64,000 bases of DNA from a bacterium. Lineage in GTDB: Bacteria; SAR324; NAC60-12. The translations under genes were made by a program, and so were the position numbers. The stretch spans positions 448,001 through 512,000 of the forward strand of contig CBDDTI010000746.1 in NCBI GenBank assembly GCA_965233585.1, written 5' to 3'. Within the stretch, counting starts at the first letter, position 1; each line of letters starts with the position of its first letter. Under the pieces are notes generated by a model, which ran no database searches, was not told the DNA's origin, and saw only the letters and a program-made list of their open reading frames with translations. Positions 41,727 through 51,800 of this stretch are shown here, in pieces.

Positions 41727-41844
41727 CTTGCTCTTCTAAAAATTCAAAGTTATAAAATCAAAACGTCTAGTCTAGCAGACTTTTGAAAAAAGAAGGGAAG
41801 GCAAAGCATAGAAAAAAACAAAAGAAGGACAAGATGAAAAAAGA

Positions 41845-42665
41845 CAGATTGCGGAACAAGGTGAGCAATGACCAAATGCAACCCAGCAAAATCCTCTCGT
41901 CATTCTGCACTTGATGCGGAATCTTAAATTCCCTCCGTCATTCCGTGCTTGACACGGAATCTATCACCAAACCAAGCACAGATTCCTACATGACTGGATT
42001 CCTGCCCCTGTTTTCACAGGGGGGACGTTCTTTCGCTCCGAATGACAGCTATTGTCATTCCGCATTTGATGCGGAATCTCTTTTTTTTCTAAACTACCCC
42101 GTCAAATCTTAACGGATTTGCCACCCCTTCACTGAAGGGGAATTGAAATTGAGAAAAGTGAAGAAAGAAAGTTGAGATTGCGGGTCAAGCCCGCAATGAC
42201 GAAAAGATAAGACTGCAACACTCCCGTCATTCCGCACTTGATGCGGAATCTCAAAAACAAAAGGAGATTCCTGCTTCCGCTCCGAATGACAAAGAAGGAG
42301 GCAAGACCGCAACACTCACGTCATTTCGTGCCTCTCTTTGCCATTCCGCACTTGATGCGGAATCTCAAAAACAAAAGGAGATTGCGGGTCAAGCCCGCAA
42401 TGACGGCTTTCAAGGTGAGCAATGACAGGGAAGTGAGAAAAAGACAAGAGAGATTGCGGGTCAAGGTGAGCAATGACTAAGTTCAAGGTCAGCAATGACG
42501 AAAAGACAAGTCTGCCAACTCTCTTCGTCATTCCGTGCTTGATGCGGAATCTCAAAAAAAGTGGTTGTTGGCAAAAAGACAAGGGGGGTTGCTGGCAAGC
42601 GAAGCCTGACGGGGTCGTTTGGAAAAAAAGAGATGGCGGGTCAAGCCAGCGGTAGGTCTTTCAAT
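41845..42665. repeat. REP-like palindrome cluster, includes a distinct CCCC-type hairpin (42091-42143)
   Basis: Same families plus ACTACCCCGTCAAATC..GATTTGCCACCCCTTCACTGAAGGGGAAT. Confidence 0.85.
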
Positions 42666-42698
42666 GACACTAAAAGGGCATTGAAAGAGGCTACCGAG

Positions 42699-42833
42699 CT
42701 ACGGCTCTACCATGTCTTCTTGATGTTGAGAAGACAGGCGGTATCCTGCATTTTTTCCCATCTGATAGGCGATATTTGCAGTGACAGCAATCAAAACGGC
42801 GATTGCCACAATATGAAGGGCAAGAAGCATCAT
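42699..42833 (-). CDS. Small single-TM protein, 44 aa (MMLLALHIVAIAVLIAVTANIAYQMGKNAGYRLSSQHQEDMVEP)
   Basis: Not in ORF track; 30 bp downstream of terB, same strand; clean N-terminal TM; TTTTATG start context like other genes here. Confidence 0.55.
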   Translation of the reverse strand: MMLLALHIVAIAVLIAVTANIAYQMGKNAGYRLSSQHQEDMVEP

Positions 42834-42863
42834 AAAATACTTTTTGATGGAAAGATGAAAAGT

Positions 42864-43277
42864 TTAAGTAACACTTTGTTGGAGACGTTGAAGCATTTCA
42901 TTGACCTTGCTTTTAATAAATGACGCATCAACAACTTGGTCTTTAAAATAGGGGTGTGTGTCAGGGTCAATAGACAAATGTTTCATGATTTTTTTGATAA
43001 ATTGTTGTTCTACCTCACAAAGTTCCCCATCTGCACAGGCAGTGAACACGAGGACATCAACCAAAAGTTGTTTACTTTCTTTGGACTTTAAGCCTTCCAA
43101 AGCATGAGACAAAGAAATTTTTTGCTGGATTTGCTGTAATTCATCTTGACTCACTTGAAGTGCTTTTAGCATAGCTTTCAATGCGTCAACTTCTGGTTGA
43201 TCCAACTTCCCATCTGTCTTTGCAACATGACGGGCAATGAAAATGATACTTAAAAATTGTTCTCTAGTGATACTCAT
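42864..43277 (-). CDS. TerB-family (tellurite resistance/DjlA N-terminal-like) protein
   Basis: Two A..DG.L...E motifs (AKTDGKLDQPE, ACADGELCEVE). Confidence 0.85.
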   Translation of the reverse strand: MSITREQFLSIIFIARHVAKTDGKLDQPEVDALKAMLKALQVSQDELQQIQQKISLSHALEGLKSKESKQLLVDVLVFTACADGELCEVEQQFIKKIMKHLSIDPDTHPYFKDQVVDASFIKSKVNEMLQRLQQSVT

Positions 43278-43289
43278 TTCAAGATATAA

Positions 43290-45692
43290 TTGATTTTTTA
43301 CTTAACACCTGATGTAAACTTCGTTATCATCTTCTGGCACAGAGTTTTTTTGCCTTCACAATCCATGAGTCACCCAGTTTACCCTATTTTACTAATCGGT
43401 CAAGATGCCCAGACACAAAATTGGGTAGAGCGTCTTGCTAAGGAGCAATTTAGTATCTCTAAAAGTAAAACGGCAATTGGGGGCTTGCAAAAAGCCATCA
43501 ACACACCAATCAGCCTGATTCTCTTTGACAGCGACCGCCAAGAATTGAGTGCAAATGAATTTTTGCAACAAATGCAAGACATCAATCTTTCTATCCCTGT
43601 CATTACTCTCACCTCCAGTTCAGACGTCGCAAAGTCCAATAGCACCAACGGTGTGTTACACAAACCTTTTTCCCAGACAGATCTTTACAACCATCTCAGC
43701 AATTTTTTTAAGAAACAAGAGGAGACGATTCGCAAAGAAGTTCAGAAAGGGAAACCCTTACCTGATATCAAAGAATCTGAAATCATGGTCGGTTTTCGCA
43801 AGCCTGCAAACATTTACAAGATTAGCAAGCAAGGAATGGTCTTGTCTTTACCTACTGAAATTCGTCCAGACTCCAGACTTCTTTTCAAAGGCGCCCCTCT
43901 TTATGAGCAGATGGGGATTGACAACATTAAGTCTAACCGTATTGAAATGCTTGTCACAGAATGCGCACCCACCATTCAAAATCGCTTCAAAGTCGTCTCA
44001 AAATTCACCGATACAGGCTTCACCGATTCAGAAAAGAAAATACTTGATGAATACATTGAACGATACGCCAGTAAGGTTGCTCTCGCCTCAAAAAATCATG
44101 GCAGTATTTTAATTTTTGGCACAGGAGAAGGCTATTACGATTCTTACCGCTTTTATTTTGAAGGAAGTCCGTATAAATTTCAATTTGCAGGCACTCCTGA
44201 AAAGGTTTTAAGTGAGATTCAATCCTCCACCATTGATGTTTTGATCATTGACTCTGACAATTTAGATGCCCGCATTACATCACTTCTTGATTCGTTTCAA
44301 AAACAAAAAAGGAGGCTTCCTATCATTTTGGTCACAGGGGATCAAAATCAAAATGCCATCGCTCAGGTGGCAACTTTAGTCCAAGACCTCATTATCAAGC
44401 CAATCAACGGAAAAATGTTGCTCCAACGTCTGGCAAAAGTTCGGAAACGTTGGGAGTTTGAAGAGCAGGTGCAAAAAAAAATTGGAGCAAGTGTTGGGGT
44501 GAGTATTGAGACCAAAATCTTGGTGGTTTTTAAGGATCAAGCAGTCATTCAAAGAATCAGAAATAATGGATTATTGCTTTACAAAGAACAAGCCATTATT
44601 CCAACAACAACTATCTACTTTCGTGCGAATGAGTTTTTTCAGCTGCTCAGCGTTCAGTCCAAAAATATGACGCATATTGAGTTAGAAGTTGTCAGCTGCC
44701 AATATGATTTAGAAAAAAAACTTTATCGCGTCATTGCAAATTTTAAAGAAATTAGCGACCACTTGGTGCAAGCAGTCCAAGACTTTTTAAGTGGAAAACT
44801 GATGCCCGGTGCAACGCTTGCTGAACCTGAAACGACTACGCAAGAAGACATGCTTGATGCCATTCCTGATGCACCAGATACACCAGACGAAAAAGCAAAA
44901 GAGGAAGACTCTGGAGGGTGGCTGTTCTTGAAAGAACCAGAAGAAGAAGAGGAAGACTCTGGAGGTTGGCTGTTCTTGAAAGAACCAGAAGAAGAGGAGG
45001 AAGAAGATGACCCTATACTTCCACCACCGCCCCAAGAACAGGAAGCATCAAATTTAGAGACGATACAACATGAACAGCCAGAAGGCGTGAAATGGGACGT
45101 CAGCCAAAAAGAAGAGTCAGAACCTGAAGAAGCCCCCTTTATCATTCCCCCAAAACCCAAAATACAACAATACTCTCTTTCAGACCTTGTCAGGGAGCTT
45201 CCTCAATGCCAAGTGCAAAGTCTTAAAAGTCTTCATTTTAGCGATGAGTTTTTCTCAGAAGATGAAGACTCTTACACTTCACAGCTCAAGATGCAGCGTG
45301 GACAAATTCATGCTCACAAAGCTAAACTGCAACAAGTTGCCCAAAAATACCTTGGCTCCAATCCAGATTTTTACAAACAGCGGTTCAATACCAAATTAGT
45401 AACACAAGAACGTGCGGCAGTGCTTCATGTGTTTAGTGAGCAACTGGAATGTTTCATGTTGATTGGTGCAACACTCAAAACTGTCCCAAAAGGCATGGGA
45501 ATTTCTGCAAGTTTGGCTGAAGACTCTTATGAATACACTCCTTATTACTTGATTGGAGTCCCCAAACCGCAACATGTGGACTTTGGAGTTGCTTTTGAAA
45601 CGAGGTCGTTCATGGACCGTGAAGTCGCCATCTGCTCACCAACCAACAAAGACGTTGGTCAAATTTTACCAGACCTCTTGAAATTGCTATGA
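43290..45692 (+). CDS. Multi-domain signalling protein: REC, PilZ-like, REC, PilZ-like, acidic linker, C-terminal unknown domain (start likely 43365)
   Basis: LILFD...IPVITLT...KPF and VLIID...PIILVT...IKP receiver patterns; ISKQGM beta-barrel-like segment. Confidence 0.65.
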   Translation: MIFYLTPDVNFVIIFWHRVFLPSQSMSHPVYPILLIGQDAQTQNWVERLAKEQFSISKSKTAIGGLQKAINTPISLILFDSDRQELSANEFLQQMQDINLSIPVITLTSSSDVAKSNSTNGVLHKPFSQTDLYNHLSNFFKKQEETIRKEVQKGKPLPDIKESEIMVGFRKPANIYKISKQGMVLSLPTEIRPDSRLLFKGAPLYEQMGIDNIKSNRIEMLVTECAPTIQNRFKVVSKFTDTGFTDSEKKILDEYIERYASKVALASKNHGSILIFGTGEGYYDSYRFYFEGSPYKFQFAGTPEKVLSEIQSSTIDVLIIDSDNLDARITSLLDSFQKQKRRLPIILVTGDQNQNAIAQVATLVQDLIIKPINGKMLLQRLAKVRKRWEFEEQVQKKIGASVGVSIETKILVVFKDQAVIQRIRNNGLLLYKEQAIIPTTTIYFRANEFFQLLSVQSKNMTHIELEVVSCQYDLEKKLYRVIANFKEISDHLVQAVQDFLSGKLMPGATLAEPETTTQEDMLDAIPDAPDTPDEKAKEEDSGGWLFLKEPEEEEEDSGGWLFLKEPEEEEEEDDPILPPPPQEQEASNLETIQHEQPEGVKWDVSQKEESEPEEAPFIIPPKPKIQQYSLSDLVRELPQCQVQSLKSLHFSDEFFSEDEDSYTSQLKMQRGQIHAHKAKLQQVAQKYLGSNPDFYKQRFNTKLVTQERAAVLHVFSEQLECFMLIGATLKTVPKGMGISASLAEDSYEYTPYYLIGVPKPQHVDFGVAFETRSFMDREVAICSPTNKDVGQILPDLLKLL
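44901..44996 (+). repeat. 48-bp in-frame tandem duplication (EEDSGGWLFLKEPEEE x2)
   Basis: Read directly. Confidence 0.9.
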
Positions 45693-47569
45693 CAGAGGAA
45701 GAACCACTTCCACTGCAAAGAAAGCTCCAAAGCCTGCCTGACCTGCCGGGCGTTTACCTTTACAAAAACAAAGAAGGTGAAGACCTTTACATTGGCAAAG
45801 CCAAGTCTCTCAAAAAACGGGTCAAGTCTTATTTTTATTCTGCCCAAAGTTTGCGGATTCGTATCATGCTAGCTTTAGCTTATGATTTAGAAGTCATTGT
45901 GACCCACTCTGAAGCTGAAGCATTGGCATTGGAAGCCAAATTGATTCAAACCCACCAACCACGTTACAACATTGCACTCAAAGATGACAAAAGTTATCCC
46001 TACTTCAAATTGACAACCAACGAACTCTTTCCACGACTGCTCATCGTCCGCGAAAAGTTTGAGAAAGGTGCAGAGTATTACGGTCCTTTCACTTCTGTTG
46101 ATGATGCTCGCTTCCTTTGGCAAATCATTCAAAAAAACTTCATGCTCCGTCATAAAAAGCTGAAACTAGATGGCACAAAAACCTACCGTCCTTGCATCAA
46201 TTTTCAACTAGAACGATGCCTTGCCCCTTGCCGTGGACAGGTTTCTACTGAAACCTACTTGCAAGAAGTGCGAAAAGTCAAAATGTTTCTTCAGGGCAAA
46301 CATCAGCCATTGATCCAGCTCTTAGAGTCTCAAATGTATGCGGCATCAAAAAAGCTAAAATTTGAACATGCTGCCAAACTACGCAATCAAATCAGAATCA
46401 TTCAAAAGACTTTAAAGTCAGACATCATCAAAGCATCAGACCATCAATGTAGTGATGTGTTGGGGTTTCATCGTCAACTAGGCAGTGCCTGCGTGACTGT
46501 GTTGTTTCTGCGTTATGGCAAGCTGTTGTCTCTTGATGCCATCTACTTTGATGCTGTGGAACAGGTCAGCGATGCGAATTTACTGGGTCAAGCACTCAAC
46601 CGTTTATATACGGCAGACCATTCCTTCGTTCCCCAAAAAATCTTATTACCTATGACATACACCGATGCCATACCTCTAGCCCAAGAACTGAGCCAACACA
46701 AAGTCAAAATTCTCACTCCCAAACGGGGCGTCAACATGGACTTTGTGAAAATGGCAAATGCCAATGCTGTGCAAAAGCTCAATGAACATCACAATCAACA
46801 GCATCAAATTGAATCGCTTTTGCAAAAAACGCAAACGGAGTTGCGTCTTAAACGACTGCCCCGCATTGTGGAGGCATTTGACATTTCTAACACATCAGGC
46901 ATGGATTCTGTTGGGTGTATGGTGCGTTGGGAAGATAACAAGGCATGTAAAAAACAATATCGCACCTTTCAAATCCGCACAGTGACAGGACCAGATGACT
47001 TTGCCTCTATGTATGAGGTCATCAAAAGACGTTATGCAAGATTGTTGAGTGAACAAACCCCAACATTTCCTGATTTGATTTTGATAGATGGCGGACGTGG
47101 ACAACTCCATTCATCGGTGAAAGCCCTGAAAGATTTGGGTCTCAAGATAGAAACATTGGACGTTCTTGGTCTGGCAAAAGGACGCACAGAACGCAAGAGA
47201 AAAAGGCATCAACCAACAGAATATGACTTTGAATACTTGCTGAAACCTTCACAAAAAGATCAAATCAAATTAACCAAATCTTCTGTTGCCATGTCTTACT
47301 TCAAAGCCATTCGCGATGAAGTGCATCGTTTTTCAGTTAAAAACCATCGTCAATTAAGGCAAAAAAAAGGCTTTTCCTCGCCATTAGAACATGTGCCTCA
47401 TATTGGGAAGAAACGACGTCAACTCCTTCTTAAACACTTTGGCAGTATCAAAGCCGTTCAAAAAGCGTCGCTGGAACAACTACAAACCATCTTACCTAAA
47501 CATGCGGCAGAAAATCTGATTCATTATTTTAAAATGTGTGATAAGGTGTCTGGTGCATCACACTTTTGA
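45689..47569 (+). CDS. uvrC: Excinuclease ABC subunit C
   Basis: PGVY..YIGKAKSLKKRV.SYF, PRYNI.LKDDKSYPY, FE.AA.LRNQI, FDISN, DDFASM, LIDGGRGQ, HhH C-terminus. Confidence 0.96.
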   Translation: MTEEEPLPLQRKLQSLPDLPGVYLYKNKEGEDLYIGKAKSLKKRVKSYFYSAQSLRIRIMLALAYDLEVIVTHSEAEALALEAKLIQTHQPRYNIALKDDKSYPYFKLTTNELFPRLLIVREKFEKGAEYYGPFTSVDDARFLWQIIQKNFMLRHKKLKLDGTKTYRPCINFQLERCLAPCRGQVSTETYLQEVRKVKMFLQGKHQPLIQLLESQMYAASKKLKFEHAAKLRNQIRIIQKTLKSDIIKASDHQCSDVLGFHRQLGSACVTVLFLRYGKLLSLDAIYFDAVEQVSDANLLGQALNRLYTADHSFVPQKILLPMTYTDAIPLAQELSQHKVKILTPKRGVNMDFVKMANANAVQKLNEHHNQQHQIESLLQKTQTELRLKRLPRIVEAFDISNTSGMDSVGCMVRWEDNKACKKQYRTFQIRTVTGPDDFASMYEVIKRRYARLLSEQTPTFPDLILIDGGRGQLHSSVKALKDLGLKIETLDVLGLAKGRTERKRKRHQPTEYDFEYLLKPSQKDQIKLTKSSVAMSYFKAIRDEVHRFSVKNHRQLRQKKGFSSPLEHVPHIGKKRRQLLLKHFGSIKAVQKASLEQLQTILPKHAAENLIHYFKMCDKVSGASHF

Positions 47570-47636
47570 AAAAATTTGAAAAATCAAAATGATTTTCATC
47601 TCCTTGCTTTTTTAACCTCATTTTTAATGGAATTTT

Positions 47637-48764
47637 ATGAATGCACAAATTTTAACAACACATGTTGGGAGCTTGCCACGTTCTGAAGAAGTCACAAAAC
47701 TCATCTTTGCCAAAGAAAAGTCAGAACACGTTGATGAAAATCAGTTTCATCAAATCATTGAACAGGCTGTTGATGAGGTCATTGCCAAGCAAGTCCAAGC
47801 AGGGATTGACATTGTCAGCGATGGTGAGATGAGCAAAATCAGTTATGCCACTTACATCAAAGACCGCATCACAGGATTTGCAGGAGACAGCCCCAGAGTC
47901 CCCCCAAAAGATTTAGAAGACTTCCCTAAATTTCTTGAAAAACAAGCCAAGTCTGGAGGCACGCCAACTTATTCCAAACCTTGTTGTGTGGACAAGATTC
48001 AAATCAAAGATGCTGAACCTGTGAAGCAAGACTTGAGTCGTTTTCAAAAAGCGATTGATAAACACCAGCCTCAAGGTGCATTTATGAACGCCGCCTCCCC
48101 AGGTGTCATTGCTCTCTTTTTGCCAAATCAATATTATTCCTCACAAGATGACTATTTGGAGGCATTGGCAGAATCCATGCGTTTTGAATATGAAGCTATT
48201 GTCAATGCAGGGATTCTTTTGCAACTAGACTGCCCAGACATTGGTCTTGGACGGCACATGATGTTCAAAGATGAATCAGAGGCAAGCTATATTAAATTGG
48301 TTGAAAAACACATTGAAGTTTTAAATCATGCCTTAAGAAACATTCCTGCTGACCAAGTCAGATTTCACATCTGTTTTGGAAATTATGAAGGACCTCATCA
48401 TCACGATATTGCGATGGAGACGATGCTACCACTGGCTATGAAAATTGATGCAAGATATTTTTTGTTTGAATCTGCAAATCCACGACATGGACATGAATGG
48501 CAGGTGTTCCAAAAGGCAAGCCTCCCTGATGACAAAGTGCTAGTTCCCGGGGTCATTGATTCTACAACCAACTTTATTGAACACCCTCAACTTGTTGCAC
48601 AAAGACTGCAAAACTTCATTCAGGCGGTGGGAAAAGAGCGAGTGATGGCAGGAACAGATTGCGGATTTTCTACTTTTGCAGGATTTGGCAAGGTTGACCC
48701 AGACATCGTTTATGCCAAACTCCAAGCCTTGCGACAAGGTGCAGAACTCGCCAGCCAGCTTTAA
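47637..48764 (+). CDS. Cobalamin-independent methionine synthase II family (single-barrel MetE-like)
   Basis: TTHVGSLPR, SDGE, LQLDCP, HICFGN, FE.ANPRH, PGVID, GTDCGF. Confidence 0.9.
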   Translation: MNAQILTTHVGSLPRSEEVTKLIFAKEKSEHVDENQFHQIIEQAVDEVIAKQVQAGIDIVSDGEMSKISYATYIKDRITGFAGDSPRVPPKDLEDFPKFLEKQAKSGGTPTYSKPCCVDKIQIKDAEPVKQDLSRFQKAIDKHQPQGAFMNAASPGVIALFLPNQYYSSQDDYLEALAESMRFEYEAIVNAGILLQLDCPDIGLGRHMMFKDESEASYIKLVEKHIEVLNHALRNIPADQVRFHICFGNYEGPHHHDIAMETMLPLAMKIDARYFLFESANPRHGHEWQVFQKASLPDDKVLVPGVIDSTTNFIEHPQLVAQRLQNFIQAVGKERVMAGTDCGFSTFAGFGKVDPDIVYAKLQALRQGAELASQL

Positions 48765-48828
48765 AGGCAACATTCTGCGACACCCTGATTGTTTAACTTG
48801 TCTCTTCAGTTGACTGACTTGGTCAAGG

Positions 48829-51800
48829 TCAAGTAGATTTGACAGGTTCAATGATGAAAAGGAGGTCTCCACTTGTGACAGTCTGTGCATTTTCAGGGAA
48901 GATGCGGACAACCTTGTACTCTCCTTCAGGGTAAAGAATCTCAGTTTCAGTGTTGAACGAGGCAAGGGAGATTTCGCTGAACACCTTCATTGATTCCAGC
49001 AAACAAAGAGGGTCTTTGATTCCAACAACTTGGTCAGCTTCTACCAATGAGGGGTCTTCTGGATTGACAGAACGGTAAAAGGTTGCTGTCTGAGCAGCCA
49101 AGACCTTCAGCTCATTAGACTCATTAATCGTGATAGCAGAACGATTGATTTGTGAGCCACTTTCTCCTGCATCACGTTTGGTTTTTTTAATCAGCTTGGC
49201 AAAGTCAACACGTTTGAAAAAGCCATGAATGAAGTTGGTGTCATACGTTCCTGAATGAAAGACTTCATCAGCAAGCAAAGTTTTCATAAAAGCAAGGTTG
49301 GTAGAAATTCCAGTGATTTTGACATTTTTCAGGTATTTAGACAGCTTATCAATCGCCTCGGCTCTGGTCTGACCATGAGCAATGATTTGTGCAACCAAGC
49401 TGTCATAATAAGGAGGCACAAACGAATCGTCACCGATAGCGGCAAAGACTCTCACATCTTCTGACTTGGGAAATACTGCTTTTAAAACTTTGCCGGGGTC
49501 AGGGAGGAAGGCGACCGTTCCGTCAGACTTCAGGTCAATCCTTTCTGCAGTCATACGAAGTTCTATGGCGTGACCTTCATTTTTCGTTTTTAACGACGCA
49601 AGGCTTTTGCCTTCTGAAACTTCAATCTGTTTCTGGACCAAATCAATTCCTGCCGTCGCTTCTGTGACAGGGTGTTCTACTTGCAAACGTGTGTTCATCT
49701 CCATGAAATACACTTGCTCGTCAGTGAGGTCATAGATAAACTCCACCGTACCAACCCCAATGTAATTGATATGATTGGCAATTTTTGTGGAATAGCTTGC
49801 CAGTTCTTCTTGCAATGCTTTGTGGAGATTTGCAGATTCTTCAACAAGTTTCTGGTAATTGCGTTGAATGGAACAATCACGTATGCCGACAATATGACAA
49901 CTTTTTGAAGTATTTTTGCTATCACGAAGGATTTGCACCTCAATATGCCTCATGGAGGCAATGTATTTTTCAAGATACAAATCACCATTGCCAAAAGCAT
50001 TATAGGCTTCTTGGCTCATCTGCCTGAAGATAGAGACAAAAGATTCTTCTTTTTCAACAACTTGAATCCCTTTGCCTCCCCCTCCATGAGCGGCTTTGAT
50101 TAACACAGGGAAGCCGATGTTTTTTGCCACTTCTAATGCTTGTTGTGGGTCAGTCAACGCCCCATCGCTTCCCGGGACAACAGGAATCCCCAGCTCTTTT
50201 GCAGTAGAAATCGCATTGGTTTTGTTCCCCATACGTTCCATGTTCAATGCAGTTGGTCCAATGAAGCTGAGTTCATACTTACGGCAGATGGCGGCAAAAC
50301 GTGCAGACTCTGAAAGGAAGCCAATTCCTGGGTGCAAGGCATCTACTCCGTGTTTTTCTGCGATACGTATGACACTCATGGCATTAAGGTAGCTTTCTTG
50401 CGGCGTGTTGCCCCCAAGGCAAACCAGCTGGTCGTTCTCTTTCAAAAGCCGTGTGGGGTAGCTGTCCATGTCTGCATCAGACTGTACCAGCACAATCTCC
50501 TTGCCTGCATCATGGGCGGCATGAATCAAACGCGTTGCCGTGCAACCTCTGGCATGAATCAAAATGCGTTGAATGGGTCTAAAAAAGATGTTCTCTTCAA
50601 ACACTTGGTCTTTGGGTTCGTTCACTTCAAGACGTTGATATTGCCCTTGCAAAATTCTGCTGATGACCTCGTGAATGGTAAGTTTCGCAAGAGGAATTTC
50701 AGGGTCAATGGCAGACAGCTTGTCTCCAATGTTCTCATCAAAGGGATTTTGAACAAGACCCTCCATGCTTTCATGGTTGTCAGAAAGATAATCTGCAAGA
50801 ATGGAGTTCATCGGCAGGTGACTTTCTACCACCAACTGCCCTGCAAATGAAATCAACGCACCTGAAAGATAATACGTTTTTGCCAGACGATGCGTGACAA
50901 AACTGGCTTGCGCACCTCCCATGCAATCACGGAAGCCAAAGCAGATGACAGGCAAGTCATTGGTTTTGATGAAACGTGTCAGCCTGTCATTCATAATTGC
51001 CATGGAAAAGAGTGACCCCGGACCCTCTTTGGTTTGCATACCTCCTGAAGAAATAAAAAAGATGACAGGCAGTCTCTTTTGCGTACATTCTGCCAGCAAC
51101 ATGCAAACTTTTTCACAGCTTGCCATGTCAAAAGCACCTACTTGAAACAAGGTGTTACTCACAACCACACCGACCTCTTTTTCAAAGCCGTCGTCATGGT
51201 ATGTTGCAATGCCTGTCAAGACACCAGAGGGGGGAATGTTGTTTTTAATACTTTTGTCAATGGAATCCCTAAACCCCGGGAACTGCACAGGGTCAGCAGT
51301 CATTAAATTTTCATTCAATTCTTTAAAATCTTTGAAAGCATAGTCAATGATTTGCTGGGGGCTAATGGTTTGTTTTTTGTAGCTATTTAAGAGTTCTTGG
51401 ATTTGCAAATCTTTGTAAGCACGGTCTAGTTGCTGCCAAAAATTGTTGATGCCAATGTTGCGTGGGGCAATCGTTCCGTCAAATGTCCCCCCTCCTTCTG
51501 CAACAGACCAAGAAGGCAGCAGAGAAGAAAAATAATACCTTGCTAATCCAAACAAAGCAGGGTTCACACGTGGCAATGCCAGTTGCTTCCAACCGCTAAT
51601 CGTTTGCATGATGGCATCACAATTCTTGCGTGACACAAAGTTGGCAAGCCAGATGAAGAAATCTTCTCGCGACGTCTTTAAATCTACGGGGATAGAATGT
51701 TGCTCATACTTCTGCATCGCTTTTTGCAACGCAAGGTCAAACAGCTTGCCTACTGACTCTTGTGAGATAGAATTAGACTTGCAAAGTTCTGCGGCAATCA

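Noticed and set aside
43549..44112. 187-aa overlapping ORF and the many other short antisense/out-of-frame ORFs
   Set aside because: Fully overlap well-supported genes; no motifs
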